In this document: positions 20,401 to 28,741 of the stretch, piece by piece | Layout: every line of letters begins with the position of its first letter | Position numbering within the stretch: position 1 is the first letter of the stretch | Source: an uncultured Candidatus Saccharibacteria bacterium | GTDB lineage: Bacteria > Patescibacteriota > Dojkabacteria > SC72 | NCBI GenBank assembly: GCA_964560525.1 | Contig: CAZLLO010000003.1 | Coordinates: 9,585 to 73,584, forward strand | DNA length: 64,000 bases | Reading direction: 5' to 3' | The notes under the pieces: generated by a model | What the model saw: the letters and a program-made list of their open reading frames with translations, nothing else | Told to the model about the DNA's origin: nothing | Database searches by the model: none | Translations under genes and position numbers: made by a program

Positions 20401-20845
20401 CTTGTATGATGGAAGAACAGGAAAGAAGTTCCCAAACAAGATCACTGTTGGTATCAAATATGTATTGAAATTACATCATATCGCTGATGAAAAGGTACAT
20501 GCTAGATCAACAGGACCATACACTGCAGTTTCTCAACAGCCACTTGGTGGAAAAGCACAAATGGGTGGACAGAGATTTGGAGAAATGGAAGTCTGGGCAT
20601 TAGAAGCACACAGTGCACCTTATGCTCTACAGGAAATGCTTACAATCAAATCAGATGATATCAAGGGAAGATCTTCAGCTTACAAAGCAATTATTCATGG
20701 AGACAAGATAGAGAATGTTAATATCCCAGAATCATTTAAAGTATTAATCAAAGAAATGAATGCTCTTTGCTTAAACTTAGACTTAATTTCAATTAATAAA
20801 TCTTCGCAGGAAGTTGAGGAGGTAGAAAATGAAGAAACTAAATAA
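17459..20845 (+). CDS. rpoB: DNA-directed RNA polymerase subunit beta
   Basis: Full-length beta-subunit similarity, for example NMQRQAVP and GGQRFGEMEVWALEA. Confidence 0.97.
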   Translation: MIKPQSNRSGRIDLGLGYSSGTDFPSLIEAQNASFLDFYKVGFQRLFSEINPVKDTMEKMWTLEFKDFRFGKPYRTIEEAIAKGLSYEEPVYAKVQLLNNKTGEIKEQEIFIADLPIMTEDGVFVFNGVRRVVTHQIVRAEGVLYEVDEKLPTRTLHKVRLMPGRGPWYEIDTNKHNVISMRVLPKRPKVLITELLRIFGWETDDEIRKLFADVDTDAENKYIEATLARDFTKSKEEAVISVYNKLRPDESVTIDSAEKYIKSNFFNVRKFDLGRIGRYQLNRKLGTSYNIDNPDEVMLYPKDVVLIVKRLIQINNGVIPADDIDHLCNRRIRSVGEILERQLNAGIRRLEKNIKDKMSLYGQDAKVTPSMLVGTKPIAASIQSFFGANALSSFMDQTNILSELENKRKVTAGGPGGITKERATFSIREVHNSHYSKFDPVTSPESANIGVVTQLAMLARINEFGFLEAPYRRVVKCVKNNKAVLENRILSEAVVSNKKTVAKAGTTIDKALAEKIAAIKDIKEVKVKPFISDEVVYFDAMDEEGFYISSATVKADECGNITDKLVPVRHKGDFVLEDVDAVDFVDVLAGQQAGLGMALVPFVSHNDAMRALTGANQQRQAVPLVKQESPLIGTGMEETVARQSSWGIFAEDDGEVYYVDAKKLSVKYKKLGLKDYDLISFYRSNDNTCFTQKPAINAGDTFKKGDALVDGPTMVNGELSLGINLKAALMFYEGYNYEDSVIISERIVRDDLLTSVHIREHTVAVRDTELGPETITADIPHVNDRILQKLDMQGIVRTGVKVKAGDILVGVVAPRGEKELTAEERLLRAIFGESASDVRDNSLRMPHGEEGIVVRSQILSASKGDKLQPGVLHEVKVWVADTKKVDYGDKLAGRHGDKNTIAAIRPIEDMPFTEDGEPVDIVLTPTFLKRMNMGQATEVHFGRYAKELNQKLSFPIFEGENLEWLKNEMEKAKLNMDQKVDLYDGRTGKKFPNKITVGIKYVLKLHHIADEKVHARSTGPYTAVSQQPLGGKAQMGGQRFGEMEVWALEAHSAPYALQEMLTIKSDDIKGRSSAYKAIIHGDKIENVNIPESFKVLIKEMNALCLNLDLISINKSSQEVEEVENEETK

Positions 20846-23800
20846 TAGACAAAGTCTAAATGACTTTGATGTTCTAAAACTAACACTTGCATCTCCAGAT
20901 CAAATGTTGGATTGGTCATATGGTGAAGTTACAAAAGCAGAAACTATAAACTATAGAACATTCAGAGCAGAACCAGACGGTCTTTTCTGTGAAAAGATTT
21001 TTGGTCCTACCAAAAACTATGAATGCTATTGTGGTAAATACAAAAAGATCCGATATAAGGGTATAGTTTGTGATAAATGTGGAGTTGAAGTCACAACCTC
21101 TGATGTAAGAAGAGAGAGAATGGGACACATTGAATTGGCTGTACCTGTTGCACACGTATGGTTTGCATATGGTATTCCTAACAAGATGTCTATTGTCTTA
21201 AACATCTCACATAAGAAACTTCTCTCAGTTGTATACTACACTAGGTATATGGTTGTTGAGGTAGATAAGGATAAGAAAGCTGAGATAGTTACAAAGGCGG
21301 AAGATTTGCAGAAGCAAGAAGTTGAAGCATTGAAAGCAGAACTAGAAGCAGAGTTGAAACTCACTGATGAGATGTTCAGCAAGGATATTAAAACAACTAA
21401 GAAGGATAAGGAAAAATCTAATGAATTCAAAGCAAGTCAATTAGAGCACAAGAGAAATCAGGCTTTAGCAAAAGTAAGAAAAGAATTTGCAGAAAAAGAA
21501 GAGCAGTTAGACTCCTTCTATACTAAGATCTTCCAAACTATTGAGAAATTGAAAGTTGGAACAGTCTTGAGTGAAGATGAATATATGAGTCTTGAAGAGA
21601 GAGATTTGCTATTCTTCGAAGCATTAATGGGTGCAGAAGCAATAAAGAGACTTTTGCAAAATCTTGATTTAGATAAAGAAATCAAAAAATTAAGAAAAGC
21701 AGCAGAGAAAGAAAAAGGTGAGAAGAAGGTTGCTACAATCGTTAGAATTCAATACTTAGAAGGTTTCAAGAAGAATAATACAGATCCTAGCTGGATGATT
21801 TTGAGTACTCTTCCAGTACTTCCTCCTGAGCTAAGACCAATTATCCCTCTATCTGGTGGTAAATTTGCTACATCCGATCTAAATGATTTGTACAGAAGAA
21901 TTATCAACAGAAATAATAGATTGAGGAGATTGATAGAAATAGGTGCTCCTGATGTTATTCTCAGAAATGAGAAGAGAATGTTGCAGGAATCTGTAGACGC
22001 ATTGATTGATAACTCACATAGACCTTCAAAGGCTATGATGAACAACAAGCGATTACCATATCAGTCATTAACAGATGATCTTAGAGGTAAAAAGGGATTG
22101 TTCAGAAAGAACTTGCTTGGAAAACGTGTTGACTACTCAGGTCGTGCAGTAATTGATGGAGATCCAAGTTTGAAATTTGACCAGTGTGGATTACCAAAAT
22201 CAGTTGCATTGGAAATGTTTAAACCTTTTGTAGTTGAGAAATTGCTTAACAAGGAAATCGCTCCAAATATTAGAATTGCAAAGGAAATGATTGAAGAGCA
22301 AGAAGATATTATCTGGGACTTACTAGAAGAGGTTATCAAGAATAAACCAGTATTACTAAATCGTGCACCTACACTACACAAATATAGTGTACAAGCATTC
22401 TATCCTAAGTTGGTAGAAGGTGAAGCAATTAGAATACACCCATTGGTATGTAAAGCATTCAATGCAGACTTCGATGGTGACCAAATGGCTGTTCATATTC
22501 TTCTAACCGAAGAGGCAAGAAATGAAGCTGAAAGAGAAATGATGTCCTCAAAGAACATTATAAATATCTCCAACGGTCAGATCTTAGCAAGTCCTGCAAA
22601 GGATATGTTATTAGGTTTCTATCTAATGACAGATATCCATGAGACTGAAAACCCAAGAATATTTGCTACTGCGGACGATGCTATAAATGCTTACGAAGAG
22701 GGTTTAATCAATATTAATGAAACTATTACTGTTAGGGTAAAAGGTGAGACAATCAAAACATCTGTTGGTAGAGTTATCTTCAACAGTATTCTTCCTGAGG
22801 ACTATAAATACCTTAATGAGAGGGTAAATAACAAGACTGTTAATACCATTATCGATGATATTAAGAACTCAAGACCAATGGAAGAAGTTGTAGTATTGCT
22901 TGATAACATGAAGTTATTAGGATTTAAATATGCTACAGATTTAGGCTTCTCATTTGCTATGGAAGATTGTAATTTGGACTTTGATCTTAGAGATGCTATC
23001 AAAAAGATAGAAGACAAGGATGAGCAATTACAAGAAAACTATCTACAAGGTCTTATGACTAAGACTGAGAAGATAAATATTTCTACAAATATGTGGGATG
23101 ACTTTGCAAATGATCTAGCAGATGAAGCATGGGAAAAGTTAGACAAACACAACTCTGTATATGAAATGGTTGAGTCAGGTGCAAATGGTGGTAAGATTCA
23201 GGCAAGGCAGGTTTTAACAATCAAAGGTGTTGTTAGAGACTCTAGAGGTAACTGGGTACCAATGCCAATCAAGAGCAACTATAGAGATGGTTTAAGTGCA
23301 TTCGAGTACTTTGTAGCTGCAAATGGTGGTAGAAAAGGTATCGCAGATAGATCACTTAAGACATCATCTTCTGGTTACTTAACTAGAAAATTGGTAGAGG
23401 TTGCACATGATGTAATCGTTAGAGAGGATGATTGTGGTTATGATGGAGCAGGTTTAGCAATGAAGAGATCTGATGATAGAAGAATCTCTTACACAGATAG
23501 ATTGTTTGGAAGAACTTTGGCACAGGATGTTGAAATTGATGGAAAAGTTATTGCTAAGAAAAATGACTCCATAACTAAGGAAATTGCAAAATTAATTGAG
23601 GGATCTAAACTTGAGGAAGTATACGTTAGATCACCAATGCTTTGTAAGTCTCCACTAGGAATGTGTAAGAAGTGTTATGGCTTAAATCTTGAAAATGGTT
23701 TGGAGATAGAGATGGGTAAAGCAGTAGGTGTAATTGCGGCTCAATCAATTGGTGAACCAGGTACTCAGATGACTATGCAGACCTTCCACAAGGGTGGTGT

Positions 23801-24716
23801 TGCTAAGATCGATATCACTCAAGGTTTACCAAGAATTGAAGAGCTATTTGAAGCTAGAACTCCAAAAGCAGAAGCTGATGTTGCATCTGTCGAAGGAAAA
23901 GCTCATGTAGATATTGCTGAAGATGATTCCGCAACAATAACAATTGCTGGTGTTAAGAAATTTGTAAGGTACTATGTAGTATCTAAAGCAATGAAAGTAA
24001 TTGTTGAGAATGGTGCGGAAGTAAAGAGTGGACAGACAATGTATATAGATGCAGAGGAAGTAGAGAAACAAGCACCATTCGATGGAAAGATAACATTGGA
24101 TGCTGGAATTTTGACAATTGAGGGAGCAGTTAAGGCAGAAGAAGTAATTTCTGTATTACCTGGAGTAACTCTCTTTGTACACGATGGAGATAATGTAAAA
24201 GCAGGACAACAGTTAACTGAAGGATCTATTGATCCTAAGAAACTTGCTGATACTGCAGATATATTAACTGCACAGAAATACATCTTAGACGGAGTTCAGA
24301 AAGTATTTAATGAGCAGGGTGTTCCTATTGATGATGTTCATATCGAGATTATCCTAAGACAGATGGCAAGATTAGGAAAAGTCGTAGATTCAGGAGATTC
24401 TGACTATTTAGTTGGATCTTTGGTGAACAGATTCATGTCTGAAGTTAAGAATGAGTTGATTGCCAAAGATGGTCAAAACAAAGCACTTGTTATACCAAGA
24501 CTTTTGGGTGTCAAAACCTCATCCTTAAATACTGAAAGCTTCCTGTCAGCAGTATCATTCCAGGAGCAGGTTAGAGTGTTAACAAGTAATGCAATACTTG
24601 GTAAAACTGATTACCTAAGAGGAATGAAAGAAAATGTAATCATCGGTAGATTAATCCCTGCAGGTGAGAGCGCAGCTGTTAAAAATCATACAGATTTAGA
24701 AGAGCTTAAATTTTAG
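20829..24716 (+). CDS. rpoC: DNA-directed RNA polymerase subunit beta'
   Basis: Zinc-binding CYCGKYKKIRYKGIVCDKCG and the NADFDGDQMAVH catalytic loop. Overlaps the end of rpoB by 17 bp. Confidence 0.97.
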   Translation: MKKLNNRQSLNDFDVLKLTLASPDQMLDWSYGEVTKAETINYRTFRAEPDGLFCEKIFGPTKNYECYCGKYKKIRYKGIVCDKCGVEVTTSDVRRERMGHIELAVPVAHVWFAYGIPNKMSIVLNISHKKLLSVVYYTRYMVVEVDKDKKAEIVTKAEDLQKQEVEALKAELEAELKLTDEMFSKDIKTTKKDKEKSNEFKASQLEHKRNQALAKVRKEFAEKEEQLDSFYTKIFQTIEKLKVGTVLSEDEYMSLEERDLLFFEALMGAEAIKRLLQNLDLDKEIKKLRKAAEKEKGEKKVATIVRIQYLEGFKKNNTDPSWMILSTLPVLPPELRPIIPLSGGKFATSDLNDLYRRIINRNNRLRRLIEIGAPDVILRNEKRMLQESVDALIDNSHRPSKAMMNNKRLPYQSLTDDLRGKKGLFRKNLLGKRVDYSGRAVIDGDPSLKFDQCGLPKSVALEMFKPFVVEKLLNKEIAPNIRIAKEMIEEQEDIIWDLLEEVIKNKPVLLNRAPTLHKYSVQAFYPKLVEGEAIRIHPLVCKAFNADFDGDQMAVHILLTEEARNEAEREMMSSKNIINISNGQILASPAKDMLLGFYLMTDIHETENPRIFATADDAINAYEEGLININETITVRVKGETIKTSVGRVIFNSILPEDYKYLNERVNNKTVNTIIDDIKNSRPMEEVVVLLDNMKLLGFKYATDLGFSFAMEDCNLDFDLRDAIKKIEDKDEQLQENYLQGLMTKTEKINISTNMWDDFANDLADEAWEKLDKHNSVYEMVESGANGGKIQARQVLTIKGVVRDSRGNWVPMPIKSNYRDGLSAFEYFVAANGGRKGIADRSLKTSSSGYLTRKLVEVAHDVIVREDDCGYDGAGLAMKRSDDRRISYTDRLFGRTLAQDVEIDGKVIAKKNDSITKEIAKLIEGSKLEEVYVRSPMLCKSPLGMCKKCYGLNLENGLEIEMGKAVGVIAAQSIGEPGTQMTMQTFHKGGVAKIDITQGLPRIEELFEARTPKAEADVASVEGKAHVDIAEDDSATITIAGVKKFVRYYVVSKAMKVIVENGAEVKSGQTMYIDAEEVEKQAPFDGKITLDAGILTIEGAVKAEEVISVLPGVTLFVHDGDNVKAGQQLTEGSIDPKKLADTADILTAQKYILDGVQKVFNEQGVPIDDVHIEIILRQMARLGKVVDSGDSDYLVGSLVNRFMSEVKNELIAKDGQNKALVIPRLLGVKTSSLNTESFLSAVSFQEQVRVLTSNAILGKTDYLRGMKENVIIGRLIPAGESAAVKNHTDLEELKF

Positions 24717-24741
24717 TTGAATTTGTTATATAATACCGACC

Positions 24742-25161
24742 ATGCCAACAATAAACCAATTAATAAGAAAACCTAGGAAATCTAAAACTAAGAAGACAAG
24801 GTACATTGCATTAGCAACAAACTTTAATCCTCTTAAGAATAGATATGCAAGAGAAAAGAATCCTTTTAAACGAGGAGTCTGTTTGCAGGTTAAAACAATG
24901 ACACCTAAGAAACCTAACTCAGCATTGAGAAAAATCACTAAAGTTAGACTCTCTAATGGTATGGAAGTGTTAGCTTACATCCCAGGTGAGGGCCACAACT
25001 TACAAGAGCACTCAGTTGTTCTAGTAAAAGCAGGTAGAAAACGAGACCTCCCAGGTGTTAAATACATCGTAGTAAGAGGTAAGTATGATACCGCAGGTGT
25101 ACAAGGCAGAAAGAAAGCAAGATCTAAGTATGGTGCTAAGGGCGCCAGCGATTCTGAATAG
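24742..25161 (+). CDS. rpsL: 30S ribosomal protein S12
   Basis: KRGVC...[11 protein letters not shown]...[10 protein letters not shown]. Carries an insertion of about 12 aa between the N-terminal tail and the KRGVC motif compared with E. coli S12 as I recall it. Confidence 0.95.
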   Translation: MPTINQLIRKPRKSKTKKTRYIALATNFNPLKNRYAREKNPFKRGVCLQVKTMTPKKPNSALRKITKVRLSNGMEVLAYIPGEGHNLQEHSVVLVKAGRKRDLPGVKYIVVRGKYDTAGVQGRKKARSKYGAKGASDSE

Positions 25162-25183
25162 TTTTAATTAATAATAAGTAATT

Positions 25184-25657
25184 ATGAGTAGAGGACATAG
25201 AGCAAAAAGAAAAACACAAATTGGAGATAAGAAATACGGTAATATCGTAATCTCCAGATTAATAAACAAGGTAATGCAAGATGGTAAAAAATCTACAGCG
25301 GAGGATTTAGTGTACAGTGCTATTGAAGATGGTGCTAAGAGAGTTAAGGAAGAGGATGTAAATACATTCTTCAATAAGGCGATAGATAACATCAGACCTG
25401 CATTAGAAATCAAAGCTAGAAGAGTAGGTGGTGCTAACTATTCTGTGCCTATGCCTGTATCTCCAAGAAGACAGGAAACATTGGCAGTTAGATGGATTGT
25501 AGATAGTGCTAGAAAGAAATCTGGTAAGAATTTTGATATTATACTTATGGATGAATTAGTAGCTGCATTTGGTGGAGAAGGTGATGCTATGAAGAAGAAA
25601 GTTGATACTGAGAAGATGGCAGAAGCAAATAAAGCATTTGCACATTTCAGATGGTAG
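25184..25657 (+). CDS. rpsG: 30S ribosomal protein S7
   Basis: Typical S7 sequence (RVGGANYSVPMPVSPRRQETLAVRW). Confidence 0.95.
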   Translation: MSRGHRAKRKTQIGDKKYGNIVISRLINKVMQDGKKSTAEDLVYSAIEDGAKRVKEEDVNTFFNKAIDNIRPALEIKARRVGGANYSVPMPVSPRRQETLAVRWIVDSARKKSGKNFDIILMDELVAAFGGEGDAMKKKVDTEKMAEANKAFAHFRW

Positions 25658-25685
25658 GCTGATTCTTAATGGTTTGAAATTAAAG

Positions 25686-25707
25686 GAGGGCGAAAGCCCT
25701 CTTTTTT
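25686..25707. terminator. Rho-independent terminator after rpsG; it overlaps the stop of the convergent GT2 gene
   Basis: GAGGGC-GAAA-GCCCTC hairpin with a GNRA loop, followed by TTTTTT. Confidence 0.7.
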
Positions 25708-26647
25708 ATTTAGTACTCTCTATTCTCTCCCAACCGTTTTTTCCCATATCTTTTCTCAATATATCTCTCTCCCAAACAATCTTTATCCATGTAATTAGTC
25801 GAATAGGGAATAGGTATACTGACCACATAAACTCATTAAAAGTTTTTGCATATTTAAATACATAAAAAGCATAATGAAGTTCAATAAAGAAGCTTCTGCT
25901 TTGTTTATCTTTTTTAAATATTTGAAATTTCTCTAATTGCTTAAATCCACCCAAAGATCTAACTTTTTGTTTGAAGTAATCCCTAAGGTTTGTTGGATAC
26001 TTAACGTAGCACACTGCCTTTGGTGCATAGGCAATATCAAAATTCATGTTTCTTAATGTATATGAAATATATGCATCATCTGAGAGCACATTCTTTGGTA
26101 TATCAAATTTTAAATTACGAATAGCCATGATATATCCACTCATAGGGAAGAAAGCACTCTCACTAGTATAGTAATCCTTATTATCTACTTTTCTCATCGT
26201 GTGGCTTCGCCTGTGGTCTGCAGCATCAGATAAAAGGTGTCCCCAGTATCCAAATGCATTATCTCTATTATCTGCTGATACAGGCTTTCCGCTAATGCCT
26301 CCGATTTTTTTATCCCCAAATGGTTTTATGAGTTCTGAAACGGCATTCTTTTCAAAATATGTATCTCCATCGGTAAGTATTATTATTTCTCCCTTAGCTT
26401 TGTCCAAAGCCATTTTCAAAGCAGTAGGTTTTCCCTTGTGTGGATCAATAATATGGCGATATTCATGCTTAGAAAGTCCTAGCTTCCTAGCTTCTTTTCT
26501 TCCAGCTTTTAAAGTGAGCTCATCAGGAGAAACTTGTATGATTTCGAACGGAGTAGTAATGCCAGAATATCTTCTCTGTGCGATGCATCGGATGCATCTA
26601 CCGATAGTCTTAGGCTCTTTGAATGAAGTAATAATTACACTGATCAT
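25706..26647 (-). CDS. Family 2 glycosyltransferase
   Basis: N-terminal MISVIITSFKEP and a TDGD DxD-type motif. Confidence 0.8.
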   Translation of the reverse strand: MISVIITSFKEPKTIGRCIRCIAQRRYSGITTPFEIIQVSPDELTLKAGRKEARKLGLSKHEYRHIIDPHKGKPTALKMALDKAKGEIIILTDGDTYFEKNAVSELIKPFGDKKIGGISGKPVSADNRDNAFGYWGHLLSDAADHRRSHTMRKVDNKDYYTSESAFFPMSGYIMAIRNLKFDIPKNVLSDDAYISYTLRNMNFDIAYAPKAVCYVKYPTNLRDYFKQKVRSLGGFKQLEKFQIFKKDKQSRSFFIELHYAFYVFKYAKTFNEFMWSVYLFPIRLITWIKIVWERDILRKDMGKNGWERIESTK

Positions 26648-26683
26648 AGGTAATTATATATGTTTCTAGCGTATTGGGAAAGA

Positions 26684-27325
26684 CTATTCAGCCTTTGCTT
26701 CTTCAGTAGGGGCTACAACAGCTTCTCCTTCAACAGGAGCACCCTCAACAGGCGCTGCAACAACTTCTTCTTTCTGAAGTTCTGTAATAGTAACAATAGT
26801 AGCTTGCTCTAATTCCTTGTTTATCAACTCCATTCCTTCTGGAAGTTTGATATCATGAACACCAATTATCTGTCCTGGATGCTCTAATCCTGAGATATCA
26901 ATTACGATAGAAGGTTTTAAATCTGCTAACTTACATCTAACATCAATATCAGGTAAAACTTTAACCAAAATACCAAGATTATTCTTAACAGCAGGTGAAA
27001 TACCAACGATTTCGAAAGGAATAGAGAAGACCATTTCTTTGCTCTCATCAATTTCAAAGAAAGCAATATGTCTAATCTCTTCTGTTACAGGATTAAAATC
27101 TACTTCTTTTACTAAAACCTTGGATGTTTTGTCACCTAATTTTGCTTCAAATATAGTTGTAGAAGTTGCCATTCTTACTAATTTCTTAGCACTTGAAGAC
27201 TCTATCTGTACATTTGTAGAATCACCCTTAGCATTGTACACAACAGCTGGGATAAATCCCTGTGCTAAAAGGTTCTGACTTTTCTTACCTAAGAGTTCTC
27301 TTTTTTCTAATGTTATTGTTTCCAT
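26684..27325 (-). CDS. rplY: 50S ribosomal protein L25 (general stress protein Ctc form) with an Ala/Glu/Pro/Val-rich C-terminal tail
   Basis: Bacterial L25 fold sequence (LEKRELLGKKSQNLLAQGFIPAVVYN). The start is the ATG at 27325, giving METITLEK; the ORF-track TTG extension to 27364 is discarded. Confidence 0.8.
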   Translation of the reverse strand: METITLEKRELLGKKSQNLLAQGFIPAVVYNAKGDSTNVQIESSSAKKLVRMATSTTIFEAKLGDKTSKVLVKEVDFNPVTEEIRHIAFFEIDESKEMVFSIPFEIVGISPAVKNNLGILVKVLPDIDVRCKLADLKPSIVIDISGLEHPGQIIGVHDIKLPEGMELINKELEQATIVTITELQKEEVVAAPVEGAPVEGEAVVAPTEEAKAE

Positions 27326-27389
27326 GATGAGTAGGAGTATATCAAAGAATAGGGGTTTTGACAATAATAGAAGAGGATATTTATACCTC

Positions 27390-27418
27390 TTGACTCTCTT
27401 TATTTTCTACCATATACT
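27390..27418 (+). promoter_or_regulatory. Sigma-70 promoter of the hrcA-grpE-dnaK operon
   Basis: TTGACT, a 17-nt spacer, TATACT. Lies immediately 5' of the CIRCE-like element. Confidence 0.55.
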
Positions 27419-27445
27419 TTAGCACCTAATCTTAGTATCTGCTAA
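27419..27445 (+). promoter_or_regulatory. CIRCE-like HrcA operator (variant)
   Basis: TTAGCACCT-AATCTTAGT-ATCTGCTAA compared with the consensus TTAGCACTC-N9-GAGTGCTAA. It abuts the GTG start of hrcA. Confidence 0.6.
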
Positions 27446-27446
27446 A

Positions 27447-28172
27447 GTGGATATAACAGAAAGACAAAAAGCCATACTAATGGCAATAATTAAAGAGTTC
27501 ATGGGTGATGCTGCAGAGGTGGGATCACTTTCTTTGGTTGAAAAATATAATCTAGGTGTAAGCTCTGCAACCATTAGAAATGAAATGGTTAAATTGATGC
27601 AGCTTGGATTACTTGAACAAACTCATTCGTCCTCAGGGAGGTTGCCAACAGATCAAGCTTTGAGATTGTATGTAAGTGAAATGTTGGGAAGAAATAGTAT
27701 TAACCCAATGATGAGTATAGAGATTAGACAAGGAATATTTAGAGATAGATTCTCAAAAGATGTAGTTATTAAATCAATATTGCATATTCTTTCGAAAGCT
27801 ACTGACTCTGTTGTCTTCCTTATCCTTGGTGAGGATGTAAGGTACTATGGACTAGCTAACATTCTTTCTTTTGAAGAATTTCAAAATATTAAGAAGATAC
27901 AAAGCATTGTAAATATCTTGGAGGATGATGTCTTTTTAAGAAATATCACTGAGAAATATTCAGGTTCAGGAGTATCGCTATTAATCGGTGGAGAGTCTGG
28001 GGTTGGAACATTGGAAGATTGTGCGATGGCATTTACAAAAATACCATTTTGGAATCAAGAAACAGGATATATTGGAGTGTTAGGATCTAAGCGTATGGAC
28101 TACTCAAAAGTAATTCCAGCTTTAAGAGAAGTTAAGACCTCTTTAGAATCGTCAATGTCTGGATGGAGATAA
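27447..28172 (+). CDS. hrcA: Heat-inducible transcription repressor HrcA (short form, GTG start)
   Basis: N-terminal winged HTH (RQKAILMAIIKEF...SSATIRNEM), operon context with grpE and dnaK, and CIRCE elements at two loci. Confidence 0.8.
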   Translation: MDITERQKAILMAIIKEFMGDAAEVGSLSLVEKYNLGVSSATIRNEMVKLMQLGLLEQTHSSSGRLPTDQALRLYVSEMLGRNSINPMMSIEIRQGIFRDRFSKDVVIKSILHILSKATDSVVFLILGEDVRYYGLANILSFEEFQNIKKIQSIVNILEDDVFLRNITEKYSGSGVSLLIGGESGVGTLEDCAMAFTKIPFWNQETGYIGVLGSKRMDYSKVIPALREVKTSLESSMSGWR

Positions 28173-28176
28173 CATT

Positions 28177-28716
28177 ATGAATACAAACATGAAAAAAGAA
28201 GCAGAACAAGAGAATAAGTGTAAACAATGTGAACAGTTAAGTTCACAAGTTGAAGAGCTAACACTTGCTGTAGAGAAAATTGAATCAGAAAGGCAGATAT
28301 TGGAGAACCAGCTTAAGAAAGTTCTTGCTGACTATCACAATCTTGTTAGTAATTCCGAAAAAAGAAATGAGATAAGGTTCTTTCAAACAAGAAAACATTT
28401 AGCAGAGTCAGTAATTCCCACCTTGGATTCACTAAACTTAGCGCTTAATACAAGTAAAGATTTAAAACTGGATGAAAATGGACAAGCATGGGCAAACGGT
28501 GTTAATGCAATATTTCAATCGTTGATAAAAGCATTTGAAGAAATAGAATTAAAACAATATGTACCAAACAAAGGGGACAAATTTGATCCTAATGTACATG
28601 AAGCAGTAGCAACTCTAGAACAGGGAAATAGTGGTGAAATATATGACTTGGTATCCCCAGGTTATATATTAGACAACACTGTAATTCGACCCGCTCGAGT
28701 GGTTGTCTCAAAATAG
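28177..28716 (+). CDS. grpE: Nucleotide exchange factor GrpE
   Basis: Coiled-coil N-terminus and the C-terminal VIRPARVVV motif. Confidence 0.9.
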   Translation: MNTNMKKEAEQENKCKQCEQLSSQVEELTLAVEKIESERQILENQLKKVLADYHNLVSNSEKRNEIRFFQTRKHLAESVIPTLDSLNLALNTSKDLKLDENGQAWANGVNAIFQSLIKAFEEIELKQYVPNKGDKFDPNVHEAVATLEQGNSGEIYDLVSPGYILDNTVIRPARVVVSK

Positions 28717-28741
28717 TATTAAATTTTTATATTAAATAATT

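Noticed and set aside
17860-24283. Numerous short minus-strand ORFs inside rpoB and rpoC
   Set aside because: These are antisense artefacts within universally conserved genes.
25602-25865. 87-aa plus-strand ORF after rpsG
   Set aside because: It spans the terminator and overlaps the convergent GT2 gene. It has no ribosome-binding site and a Ser/Leu/Phe-rich composition.
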